A DNA stretch of 64,000 nucleotides, from assembly GCA_946965045.2 (NCBI GenBank), contig OX337229.1, positions 2,976,001 through 3,040,000 on the forward strand, read 5' to 3'. The notes under the pieces were generated by a model that did no database searches, was not told the DNA's origin, and was given only the letters and a program-made list of their open reading frames with translations. The DNA comes from Epithemia pelagica (taxonomy: Eukaryota > Protista > Bacillariophyta). Positions 1 to 11,381 of this stretch are shown piece by piece (within the stretch, counting starts at the first letter, position 1; every line of letters begins with the position of its first letter). The translations under genes were made by a program, and so were the position numbers.

Positions 1-2609
1 TAGAACCCTTGCATCAAGGACATCGTACTTCCACTGATTGCTTGAAGACTTGTTCGTCTTAGTTTCGCCTGAGTCAGTTGAAGCGGCAATGCGAGGTTCT
101 TCATCATCCACAGATAACTTGACTGAGGATTCACCCGAGAACAGCCTTTCTGTTGTTTCGTCGATGTCAGAAATCATTTTCCTAACGCTATGTGAAAAAT
201 GTGCGGACTGTAACAGAAGACAAGCCATTGCCGGAGAGTGCTGACGAATGCTTATCACATCGTCACCGATTCTATAAAACCCGTTCTTTTCTGTCTTGTC
301 GTCCTTGTTCAGAGATTCAGATGATGGCACATCTAGCTCCAGTAGTTCCCCGAGCTGCACCGAAAGATTGAAAAAGCGAAAAAAAATACCACGGTTAGTC
401 GACAACCAGCAAGTATGGAATCTACGTCATAAAGACTGTTCCAGAAAGTGCCTTACATCCCGGATCCCATCCAATAGGCCGTCGACAGGAGCTTTATCAT
501 CAGCAACGCGACTTTCGAGTTCTCTCTGGGCTTCTCTCACACATTCTTCAGCTTGCGCTTTCACTCTTCTCAAGAGAACAATCTTACATGTGTCATCAAC
601 CACAAGAACACGTCGGTACGTCTTTAACGCTTCAGAGAACCTCCTATTCTCTAGGTGCTGCCTCATGATCACCGGGGCCTGAAGTACGGGCGCCACCCGT
701 TGCAAAACAGAAATGGAAGATTGCACTTTTCTGACTTCGGTGGTGTTGTCCAGAAGAGGACGAAATGACTTTTTCGCCTGAAACGCACATGACTCGGATA
801 TACCGTCAAGCTTGTCAATCCTTGCATTGAGACCTAGACCTACATCATTTTCCGAATTCGAACGGAACTCGTCAAAGCCCTCAGCGCACTTCACAAACAA
901 TGGGAAATTCTCACGGACAAGATTCTCAAGTTCCAGAACTTGGTTTTCCGTCTTGCCTGTACAATAAAGAAGACAAGGTTGAGTTTCCACAAACCAGAAG
1001 CATGGGGGGGGGGGGGGGAATGAAATGAGGAGAAACTTGTACTTACTGGATAATCTGTCAAGAGAACCCACCAACTTGTCAAAGCTAGCATTTCGATGGA
1101 CCAGCGTCAAGAAGAGAATGGGATCGAACTTGGGTGATGTTGGAAGGACAGACTTTTTTAAATTGCTACTACTCTCCATTGCTTCCAGTCCACCCAAATC
1201 TTCAATCAAGGCTTCGATCGATTCCTTCTTCGCTGCAACATTTTGCACGGTATCTTCTTTTCCAGTCGTTTGAGCCTTTTTTAATTCCTCTTGAACTTCT
1301 ACCAGGGCTTTTTCAATTTGTTCCGCCTGCTTCTTTTCAATATCACGAAGATCAAATTCATCCTTCACGATGCCTAGCGGATCCTTCCCTAGAACTTTCT
1401 TCTTTTCTGATTCTCTTTCCTGCTCTTCCTTTTCAGCCTCTTTTGAGTCTCGGACAGTCACATGCTTACCCGCCCTCGCAGCAGAGGCAGCCCTTGCTTT
1501 TTGCTCTCTAGCTAGCTGACAGTCTTCCCATCTTACAGCAACGGCACCTGCTGAAACTGCTGACACGTCTCCAGCCTTCACGGCAGACTTTAATTCCTTT
1601 GCCATATCTTTTCGCCGCTTCCGCAAAGCTCCCACGACGTCGTCATCGTCTACATCACCAACATCTTCATCTTCTTCCTCGTCAAAGTCATCTGATTCAT
1701 CATCATCATCATCTACATCTTCTACAAGGTCATTCATTCCTTTCGATGTGTTGACTTTGGTTGCCACTGTGTCTTGGCGATTCTTGTTAGAGCGTTCCTT
1801 TGCTTTGGCCGCCGCGTTCTTCTTCAATATTTCACGGTCTGCGGCTGGAACATGACGCGAAACCCACTCTGTTTGTCATAAAAAGATTTCGTGTTGAGAG
1901 AAGCCATCATCCAAGTTAGTGAGAGGTTATTGTCTTACTTTCAAACTCTTGTTGAGCCTTCGTGCTCCGTGGAAGAAGCTCATCAAGCGTGATGGGCGAC
2001 TCAGACTCTCCATCTTCCGATAGGTGACTCTTTAGAATAAGCAGGATGATATTAAACGCCTCTAATCGGGCTCCACCACGATCATCTCCACGACAGTGTA
2101 AATCTAGCCGAATATGTTCATAATACTGCACAGGAAGGGACAAGAAGGACGTAGCGAACAAGTTGAGCTCTCCTTTCTTTTGCCCTGCCTCTTTCCAATC
2201 GAGAAGTAATTGTTTACAAAGTTCCATGGCTTGTCGAGCCGATCGTTTCAATGATCCATCGTTCTTTTCTGAAGACGAAGATCCACAGGCCTGCATTAGG
2301 CCGTACAATCCAATAAGAGTATCATCGTCCGGATCCAGGTAAGCAGCGGGTGCGGCATTTCCTAAAAAGAAAAGAGGAAGATCATCATCATAAAACTCTG
2401 GAGATTTCTAAAGTTGAACAGGAGTGAGCGCAAGAGGAGATTTCCGCAGAAGACGATTCAACGGATCAACCTACCCCACCAATTACATAGTTTCGGAACT
2501 TGGTCAGGGCTCGGACGCGATCTCCGTGTTTTCCACGGTCGGGATCAAGCTTCCTAAGCAAATTCTTGATCTCCATGGAGGAGCGGTCGGCGTTCTTGTC
2601 GTCGCCCAT
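1..2609 (-). CDS. SEC5: Exocyst complex component Sec5/EXOC2, spliced, runs off the left edge of the window
   Basis: Exons 2609-2475, 2407-1939, 1868-1047, 956-457 and 354-<1 are joined by GT-AG introns (2474-2408, 1938-1869, 1046-957, 456-355) that keep one open frame. It contains the Sec5 segment FDPILFLTLVHRNASFDKLVGSLDRLS/KTENQVLELENLVRENFPLFVKCAEGFDEF. Confidence 0.85.
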
Positions 2610-3383
2610 GGTGAAGATTGTTTCTTTGTATGAAAGGATGCATCCACAGTCCAAAGACAAACAAGATGGCACCTCCCTCCAACTCCAATCTCGCACCTAC
2701 CTAGAAACGGGGCGACCCACCCTAATTTTAGGGGAAATCAATCCCGTGCTCTGTGCTCTCGAACCTCGAATCCAGCAAGTGTATATTATTTAAGACTGTT
2801 CTGATCGGATCAAATGGAAGGATTTCTAAAAATCCCTCTCTCGAGATATCGCGCTCCAAAGTTTTTGGGTTGCGCGCGGCTCGTACCCCTAAGGTCATTC
2901 ACGCGCGCGACTCACGTAGTCTTCCTACACCTGTGCAACACAAACCCCATTAGGGTTTTCAATACTAGAATTTCGTTGGGCGAACTTTAACCAAATAAAC
3001 AGAAATGGATATCTCTATTTCAGAAGACATATAGAGGCTTATCTGAAAGAGCATCAAAAGACGATTCGATCTATATGTTTATCTCCGATCCGACCCTTAC
3101 ATTTTAATCCTGCCATTTGAGCCGATCAGTCTTATTTTCTCTAATCAAAGTGTGACTGGATACTGTCTTCTGAATACTTCCTTTTACTATAAACTAATAA
3201 GTACAAGAGCAAGAGGGATCGCCCCCAGATGATCCTGAGTCCTGAGTGCCCCGTATCACATCACCCCAAGAACGCCACTCTCACCTATTTGCCCATTCAC
3301 TTCAAGTAAACGCAGCTATCGTGAGACCAGACTCTGTCAAACCAGTTTAAGAAGAAGTTCATAAAACCCATATGAATTGAAAG

Positions 3384-5315
3384 ATGCAGCGTAGTCTTCG
3401 TCCGAAACGGAGGAATCCTGTCGCAGCGACTGTTCGTAAGCAACCGCCACCGCAAACAAACAAAAGAACTCGTTGTGGTCAATGTCCTCAGTGTCTCGCT
3501 GAAGATTGCGGAAAGTGCGAACACTGCCGACTCAAGAAGAGATTTGGTGGAAATGGCACCTCAAGGAATTCCTGTGTTCATCGCAGATGTGTTGCGATTC
3601 ACGGATCGGAAGAACAACAACGCTTTAGCAACTCCAATGGCTCATTACCAAGCGTCGCCTCGGCGCGCCCAGCAAGCGTCCCTTCAGCTGCTACCCCTCG
3701 GACTCGAAGAGGATCAGTGGGGGACGCCTCAGTAAGACAGGGAGACCCTGGCTCATCTTCTGACACAAACAACAAAGGACTGGCAACAGCTTCGTCGAGA
3801 AAGAAAAACCCTAAAAGACCCTTTCCGGAAATATCCACTTTGGAAAGGTCACTATTGGCTGGGAGCAAGGATCCTCAAAAGGAAGAATCAACGGAGCCCC
3901 ATGCCAAAAAACGAGGCTTTAAAAGCGGCTCACAATTTCGGAGAATCTTTGGTCGCATCCCACCCCCGAATCCCCTTGTTGGAGCTTGTGCGTTGTGTCA
4001 AGATGATAGCAAAGCCGAGACCGTATTGCTTTGCGACGGAGAGGGCTGTGAGAGAGAGTATCACCTAAGTTGTGCAAACCTGGATGAAATTCCCTCTGGT
4101 GACTGGTTGTGTGTCGACTGCCATCCAATAGGTCCCGGAACTGAAGCCTTGATCAACTATCTGGATTTCGTCGAAGAAAAACGGGGTGAATACGAGCATA
4201 GTCAACTCTTCGTACACAGCCTCGTTCAAAATGATATTGAAGGCAAAAGCACAAGCATACCCATGTCGGAACTCGAAAGGACGCTAACGTTAAGCGAAAA
4301 TTCATCTCCTGATCGATGGTTAGGCAAGCCTATCTGGATTCGTGTTCCCAAAGTTGAAGGCCACGTTCCAGGAAGGATTGTAGATCATCGGACTATCCAA
4401 TCTTCAGAAAATTCCCTCATGGAACATTCATTTCTTGTGCGGTTCGCAGCAGGTCACTACGAAAGGAAAGAGAGTTTTACGCGATGGATGTTCTTGGAAG
4501 AGCACCAGTTACTGGTGGGTGATCGTTTTGTGTTGGCGAGGAAAACTTCAGGCTCTCTACTGCAACCGGCTCTTGTTTATCTACGGACGACACGGGAACT
4601 CGTTGCGGCTTCGATGGAAAATACAAAATCTGTTGGAGGAGAGGGACGAAGTCCAAACATTGTGAAATTGATCGGATCAGGTGACCAGTCCAAAGTAAAG
4701 TCTTTCTCCAAATCTCCGAGACAAAAGCATTCTCCGAAACAAGAAAAAATATCCAAAAGGAGCCCCAAGGATACCCGCCCCAAAGACAAAAATCGTCAGC
4801 CGCTATTAGTTTCGTTCTTTGCGCCGTCGTATGATAAAGAATTTGAATTGGTCCACTTTGTGGATGGTGCAAGCATGCCGTTCCCTGGGGAGTTTTTTTC
4901 GTTGCAAGCTTTGACGGAACCCGAGTTGCGACCCCCAGAGATCGCCGCTGCTTTGGTGGAACACCAAGAGCAACAGCAAGTAATCAAATGGAAATCTATC
5001 AACATGGGAAATCCATCGCATACTAGTGCATTGAAAAGTCAAGACTACTTCACATTACCCCCTCTGGTTCCCCGCGAAGGCAAGGAATATGTGGGACATG
5101 TTGCACCGGGCGAATTCGAGAATACACTCATGACAGCGTCGGGCAATCTTCACGCACAACCATGTCCTCTCGTGATGAGAGGACTCGACCACGAATATGT
5201 TATGAAATTGTTGCACAGGAATAATGCGTCAATCGAACCAAGCAAAGAACTGGCAGCAGGTTTGTCGTGCACGATTGTGCCATACAAATGGCCCAATGAA
5301 CCTTCCAACACGTGA
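3384..5315 (+). CDS. Chromatin protein with zf-CXXC and PHD finger (643 aa)
   Basis: CXXC: RCGQCPQCLAEDCGKCEHCRLKKRFGG...CVHRRC. PHD: CALCQDD...LLCDGEGCEREYHLSC...DWLCVDC. Basic N-terminus. Confidence 0.85.
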   Translation: MQRSLRPKRRNPVAATVRKQPPPQTNKRTRCGQCPQCLAEDCGKCEHCRLKKRFGGNGTSRNSCVHRRCVAIHGSEEQQRFSNSNGSLPSVASARPASVPSAATPRTRRGSVGDASVRQGDPGSSSDTNNKGLATASSRKKNPKRPFPEISTLERSLLAGSKDPQKEESTEPHAKKRGFKSGSQFRRIFGRIPPPNPLVGACALCQDDSKAETVLLCDGEGCEREYHLSCANLDEIPSGDWLCVDCHPIGPGTEALINYLDFVEEKRGEYEHSQLFVHSLVQNDIEGKSTSIPMSELERTLTLSENSSPDRWLGKPIWIRVPKVEGHVPGRIVDHRTIQSSENSLMEHSFLVRFAAGHYERKESFTRWMFLEEHQLLVGDRFVLARKTSGSLLQPALVYLRTTRELVAASMENTKSVGGEGRSPNIVKLIGSGDQSKVKSFSKSPRQKHSPKQEKISKRSPKDTRPKDKNRQPLLVSFFAPSYDKEFELVHFVDGASMPFPGEFFSLQALTEPELRPPEIAAALVEHQEQQQVIKWKSINMGNPSHTSALKSQDYFTLPPLVPREGKEYVGHVAPGEFENTLMTASGNLHAQPCPLVMRGLDHEYVMKLLHRNNASIEPSKELAAGLSCTIVPYKWPNEPSNT

Positions 5316-5683
5316 GAGTGACCACAAGAGATACGCTTAGTGTTACTACCACACAGCAGAACGAAGCAATGAAACAGAATCTATCCGCGAGAAAAATTGA
5401 GAGATGCTTTGAAACGGGCATAGAATCATTATAATAGACTGAGAGGAAGCTCCCTCGAACGTTGGATTAAACTAGGTATACAATAGGATGGACACTCTCC
5501 GGAGGGAATCTCGTCTGATCGCTGGGTAAGCAGTGGAGAATCCTCACAAAAGCTGGAAACGTGTGATGGCAGTACACACACATGTCTAGAGTCACTCGAC
5601 TTGCAATTGAGTTGTGGTTGCAGTTGTGTTTCGGTGTCATGCCATGTATGTATATATAAATCTGTGTTTTGGTCTGTCTTTTA

Positions 5684-7084
5684 CTAGACGGTCCGTAGTT
5701 TGGGATAATCGGCAATGACATCTCGGAGGGTCAAGGTTTCCGATCGATCTTGCGGGGTCCACAAAATTTCGGCACTTTGCAAACAATCCGCAACCTTGAC
5801 ATTGGCGGCAATGCGTTGCAAGGCTTGTTCCACGTCCGCCATGGATCGAATGGTTGGCAAGCTGGTGGAATCGCCGTCCAGGGCAATCACCAAGGTCACC
5901 ACGGCCACCGTCGCCTTGTCACCACGACTCGTACTACTGCTACTCGATGATGATGAAGTCGTTAAACTCGCGTCGCCGGAATAATTGACACCACCGTATT
6001 GACTGACGGTTTCGTGTTCAAATTTTCCCCGTTCTTGCACGGCGCGAACATTAAAGTTTCGTTGCGCCGGTTCGATACTCGAAAAGTGTTGGGATTCGGC
6101 ATGGGCCGACACAATCGAGGCCTTGCGTCGCAAGAGTTCCAAGGCGACTTGACTGGTCAAGTTTTGAAGGCCCACCCGCGAATCGGTCCGAGCCGTTTGG
6201 GCCAATCGATCCAAAATGGACAAGAGAGAATTCCGGTCGTCACGATTGGGAATTTCCAAGGCCACACTGAGTTGGGCGACCGTGACACCGGGTCCCAAGG
6301 CTGACGACAAGGTATCTGAGGACGATGACGTCCAAAAGCCACCCGTCTCGTCTACGGTACGACTCATGGCATTGCCGAACGAGGAGGTCACGGCCGACAA
6401 GGCCACAAAGGCAAAGCCTCCGAAAAAGAGCAAATCAAAAAAGGAGGGTCCCCGCACATACGGGGCTGCCAAGACGCCCGGTCCACCGACAATGGGTGGT
6501 GGACCGTAATAGGAGGGTCCGGGCACTAGGGGCACAATGGGTGCAATCGTTACCCCACCACTCCGATAGCCGCCGCCCCCATAATATCCTCGACTACCAC
6601 CACCGTAATACGAACTGGCACGAGGTACAGGACGACTCATGCGAGGTGCCGCCGATCCAAAGGATCCACCCATGCGACCTCCCGATACGGCCGCCCACGC
6701 TGGATCGGGAGACAGGAGTGTCAAGGAAAGTGTCGCGGCCAAACAGAGTGTGGCCAGGATGGATGGCAGAGACACTGAAGAGGAGGATGACGACGACGAG
6801 AGGGACTGGGTCCAGTCCTTCCAGGCGGAAAGCAATACCGGAGTCGGATTCTTGGTGGTTGTTGGTGTTGGGCGAGCAACAGGTTCTGGTTCTTGTTGTG
6901 GATCCAAATCCTGGGAGGAAGAGGTTGCCATTGGAACCAACATGGGTGGTGATGGAACGGATCGAACCAGACGTGAGGAGGAGGAGGAGGAGGAGGATGA
7001 CAAGGCCGTGAATGCCATGGACCAGGACGGAATCTCCCCTCCTAGTACCAGAAGCAGCAGGACAAGGCGAGACTTCAGAACCAT
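5684..7084 (-). CDS. DUF1517 / FLAP1-like plastid membrane protein
   Basis: AAVSGGRMGGSFG motif, Gly/Tyr-rich stretch, TM helix, and C-terminal VAQLSVAL...VALELLRR...AEILWTPQD...YPKL. The probable ATG at 7084 gives a signal peptide ending SMA|FTAL followed by a Ser-rich transit peptide. Confidence 0.85.
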   Translation of the reverse strand: MVLKSRLVLLLLVLGGEIPSWSMAFTALSSSSSSSSSRLVRSVPSPPMLVPMATSSSQDLDPQQEPEPVARPTPTTTKNPTPVLLSAWKDWTQSLSSSSSSSSVSLPSILATLCLAATLSLTLLSPDPAWAAVSGGRMGGSFGSAAPRMSRPVPRASSYYGGGSRGYYGGGGYRSGGVTIAPIVPLVPGPSYYGPPPIVGGPGVLAAPYVRGPSFFDLLFFGGFAFVALSAVTSSFGNAMSRTVDETGGFWTSSSSDTLSSALGPGVTVAQLSVALEIPNRDDRNSLLSILDRLAQTARTDSRVGLQNLTSQVALELLRRKASIVSAHAESQHFSSIEPAQRNFNVRAVQERGKFEHETVSQYGGVNYSGDASLTTSSSSSSSSTSRGDKATVAVVTLVIALDGDSTSLPTIRSMADVEQALQRIAANVKVADCLQSAEILWTPQDRSETLTLRDVIADYPKLRTV

Positions 7085-7763
7085 GATGATGATGATGAGA
7101 ATCAAATGAAAAAAGCACGGATCACTAGAGAGTGATTTCCAACAGCACAATGGATGTAACACAACTACTGTTGTTTGGTTTTATGTGACAATACGAATGA
7201 AGGCAATCTTTCGATGACACGTGTTGCTCCAAGGGTATTTGACACCCTCCAAGAACAACAAGAACAACAAGAATAACAACGTGATTTGACGAAACGAGAC
7301 TTCACTGTCTCGTCAAGGATGATGTTGGAATCCTCCAAGATCTTGTCAGCTCTCCCATTGCGACAAAAAGCGAAGAAAAGAACTCCAAGGAACAATCTGT
7401 CACCAACCATGAGCGACCGCACCGTGGGTTTGGGTTGTGGGACGGATTTGGTCTTGGTCCGGGTCGGGATCATGCGGACGTCGGACAGACCATGTTGTAG
7501 TACGTGGTGGTACTCCCGCGCTTTTCTTTGGGGGATACGCTGCACCACAAAACTTGAGATCGCACATACAAAGAGGACCACACAAAAAAATAAGCGATTG
7601 CATTGGGAGAAGAGACAAACCCATTTTTCGACAGAGATCCACAAAACGTTTTGGATTTGTTGGGAATGCCAACACAACCCCACACCAACAAGAGAACCAT
7701 TGATTGATTAAGTTTCTCTTCTTGGTGTACCGATTGATCCTCGTTTCTCACGACCTAAACACC

Positions 7764-10700
7764 ATGCCACGAAAGAAAACCACCACCAAGAAACCACCAA
7801 TGAGTGGCGGTACCAAAGCTCCACCCACACAGGACGACGACAACGACATGAAGAAAGTATCGTCCTCTTCCCAGGATCAAGACCTCAAGGTACCACCAGG
7901 TGAGTACGGATCGAGCGTCCATGAGACGATTTCTTCAAGAGCCTGTGCCGACCATGCCCCCGTTGGAACTGTCGTGTCGTCCTTTCGTTTCTGTCCTCAC
8001 GCATTCTCATTGGGTCTTGCGCACTTGGATTTTGGAAACGTTTGTAGAAAAGGATCACAGGAACCACCAGGACAAGGAGGAGGAGGACGACGACGAAGAC
8101 GAAGAAGAAAATGATGAATGGAAGGTTGCCGCTTGCTGTTTGTGTCATTGTGGGTTGGATTACAGTGATCGTGCCGCCTTTTTCAAGGCAGATCGTGAGG
8201 AAGACTACAGTCAACGCGTTTTGGACTATCTCGAGCAACAGTCCACGAGCAATAACAACAGCAACAACAATAACAATAACAAGGACCAAGACGACGACGA
8301 CGCACAATCGTGGTCCTCTTACTTTTTTCGACCCACCGATCCCTATCTCCCCTCCCAACTCTACGACAAACACAATGCCTTGGTCTATTGCGATGGTTGT
8401 AACCGCATGTATCATCAAAAATGTCATTTTGTACCACTCATTGTCTTGCCCAAGAAAAGTTGGAAGTGCCTCGTCTGTCAATCTCTGGAACAAATGCCAC
8501 TCGTCTACACACGCACCAAACGTCTCTTGCAACAACAGCAGCAACAAGAAAAGCCAGGTACCACGGCCAAACCCACCAAGGGACCAGCCAAGGCAAAAGG
8601 CAAAGCTGCCTCGAAACAACAATCGACGTCACGTGCTTCTTCCTCCTCCAAACGAGGATCCACCACCAAAAAGTCGGAACCCACTTTGCAAGTGTCCACC
8701 GTGGCCGAATTGGAAGCCGAACGACACCAATGGATGACTCGGATTGTCCCCCACCAGTCACAACTATTTGTCTCCCCTCCCGTCGCGGCCGCCCGTCCCT
8801 GGGAAGAGCAATGGGAATCCTTGGTGCGCGATTGGAAATTGGCCCTGTGGCAGACGGAATTGTCCACCAAATGGAAACAAGCCCTGGCCCATCCCACCAG
8901 TACGTACCGGTTGGCCGAAACGGCCGCCACGGCCTTGACCAGTACACAAAAGAATCGATCCATGCACATTGCCAGTTCAGCCACAGTCTCGCAAGAATTG
9001 GCCCAAACCTTGGTGCGCTTATATGGCGCACGACTGCAATTTCGAGATTGGTGTTTTCATCTCGATGCCATTCGACGATCGACCAATACCGCCTGGCATG
9101 CGCTCCACCAATTTTGTCGTCAAACCCAACAATCGGAATCGGGACGAGAATTTGTTGAACGCGTCCTCTTTCCCTTTGGAACCAGTCATAAGCGACGGAT
9201 TGAACCACGGACGGCCGAAATGAAAAAGGCACTCTTGGAACAAAATGATGTGCATGCCATTCCAATGGAAATTTTCCTCCCAAAGGACAAACACTGCCAG
9301 CCAGTATCCAAATCCAAGCGACCCAAATCCACCCAAAAGACACCACCACAACCACCTTCTCCTACTCACAATAAGGGAAGACGAAGCAAACGAGGCATGC
9401 GGAGCGACCAGGATCATGCCGCTCCCCCAAACGACGACCCAAAGGACGACGACCCAAAGGACGACGACCCGGACAGTGATGGAGTGACCCTGGACAATCT
9501 ACAATGTTGCATTTGTCACACGGATCATGCAACGGATGAAAATGATTTGGTCATGTGCGATGGGATTGGTTGTTACCGCGCCTTTCACATGAAGTGTGTC
9601 AAACCAGCCTTGACCATGGCCGATGTGGAACAGGAAGACGATGATTGGTTCTGTCCCCTTTGTCGAACCCTGTCCCAAACACTCTTGTCCGTTCAAGTGG
9701 AATACATGGGAGAAGAATGGGAACAAGAACGATACGAACAACAATACAACAAAAAGTCTAGCACGAATACGGACACGGATTCGCACAAATCCTGGGACAA
9801 ACCGCACGAAGTCTTTCCGACCGCCGAGCAAGATTATGCCGCCGCGTGTCAAATGAAACAAGGGTTGCGGAATAAGGCTACCGATGATTTGATTGCACGC
9901 ATTCTGGGTGTGGATCAATTGTCCGATCATGATTCCGACGATGAAGTGGAGGATGGTCATTTTGATTTGGATTCCTTCCAACGGCGACGACGGCGACCCA
10001 AGGTGGGTGACACGAATGACGACAATGCCTCCTCCTTGTCCAACCAGAGTCTTGCCGACGACAAGGACGACGACGAGAGTAGCCATTCGAGTCAAGCCAC
10101 CTTGGTGGAAATGTCCAGTGTCGAACTCGAAATTGGAAAAGGCGAATTGGATGCCCTGTCCAAAGCATCTTCCGATGAAGAGGACGACGACGACGAGGCG
10201 AATGATTCCACTGACCGACGACGACGGCGGCGAAGCCCACGGCGACGTGTACGGACCGCGAATGACGATACAGAGAAGGAGAGTTCCGACCAATCGCCGA
10301 CTGGGAACACGACCAAGAATGGTGCCATGGCAGTGGCGAATTTGGGTGATTTCAACGAAGGCAACATTATTCAAGGAAAGCGTGGTCGTAAACCAGTCGA
10401 TTATATTCGTTTGAATGAAGCCATTTTTGGACATGTATCGGATCGTGAGGCCACGCAATACTTGGACGATGCCGATGACCACCACGAACCCATGGACCAA
10501 AACACCAAAGAGCATGAACAGGACAGTGACAACAATGACAGTGACAGCGATAATGACCAAGAGGAGGATGACGACAATGACACTCTTGACAAAGCTGATG
10601 ATACCGAACACAATGACGATGAGGGAAAAGTGGAGACCTCAAAGAATCCAACGAAACGAAAGCAAACCAAAGGCACCAAACAACAAGAGATGTCACCAAA

Positions 10701-11124
10701 AGGTAAACGGACCACCAAAGCAAATTCAACAACCAAAGACACCACGTCTGGGGCTAATCACTCCTCTCCCAATCGCAAGCGGAGAAATGGTGTGGCTGGC
10801 CATTCTGACCAAAAGGCGAAATCGCCAAGCTCTCACAAGAGACGCGGCACTTCTACAGCATCTTCGCCAGGGAAAAAAGGCTCTGCCACTCCTACTACTG
10901 TCTCAAAGCGAAAGAATGGAACTCTTCAATCTACTCACAACGGCAAAAAGCGTAGCATTGAAGGTGTTCGGACACCGACGACGCCATCGGCAGAGAACGG
11001 AAACAAAAAACGAAAGTCTACTGCTGTGTCGTCCGACAAACGCAATGCTAAAGCGGGGAATCGATCCAAAACCTCTCGTAGTACTACCAAAACAAAGAAA
11101 AAGTCAACCACCAAGGAAACCTGA
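7764..11124 (+). CDS. Nuclear protein with two PHD fingers (PRH/HAT3.1-like PHD), one intron
   Basis: Exon 1 (7764-7899) and intron 7900-8047 (GTGAGT...TGTAG) join in frame to the long ORF. PHD1 is split (CCLCHC ... YCDGCNRMYHQKC...WKCLVC). PHD2 is CCICH...VMCDGIGCYRAFHMKC...WFCPLC. Acidic tracts and a long K/R/S/T-rich tail follow. Confidence 0.8.
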
Positions 11125-11381
11125 GGACATGTACGCTTCAAAATCTCGCTTTCAAGTCAAATCTTGGCATTTGGAAAATGCTCAAAAGGACGAGCTACCT
11201 GAAGAGAGAGCCATAGGATAGACCGACTGTTCGATGTTGCAGCCATTGCATGCGCAGCGACCCACAAGGGGTCATGTCATGCTCATAAGTAGACGGAACT
11301 TTCTTCTAGTCTTTCGCTGCACTTTCGAGGCATTTATGCGAAACTTTTCTAGGCTTGAAGTCAGCGTAGAGTTTCCTACTT

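Noticed and set aside
1004-1018. G15 homopolymer as a functional G-quadruplex
   Set aside because: It is a single run inside a 90-bp intron whose length is error-prone, with no further support.
9433-9475. 15-bp repeat x3 (DDPKD) and the many (AAC)n/(GAC)n tracts as CRISPR-like or regulatory arrays
   Set aside because: These are spacerless coding microsatellite-type slippage in disordered regions.
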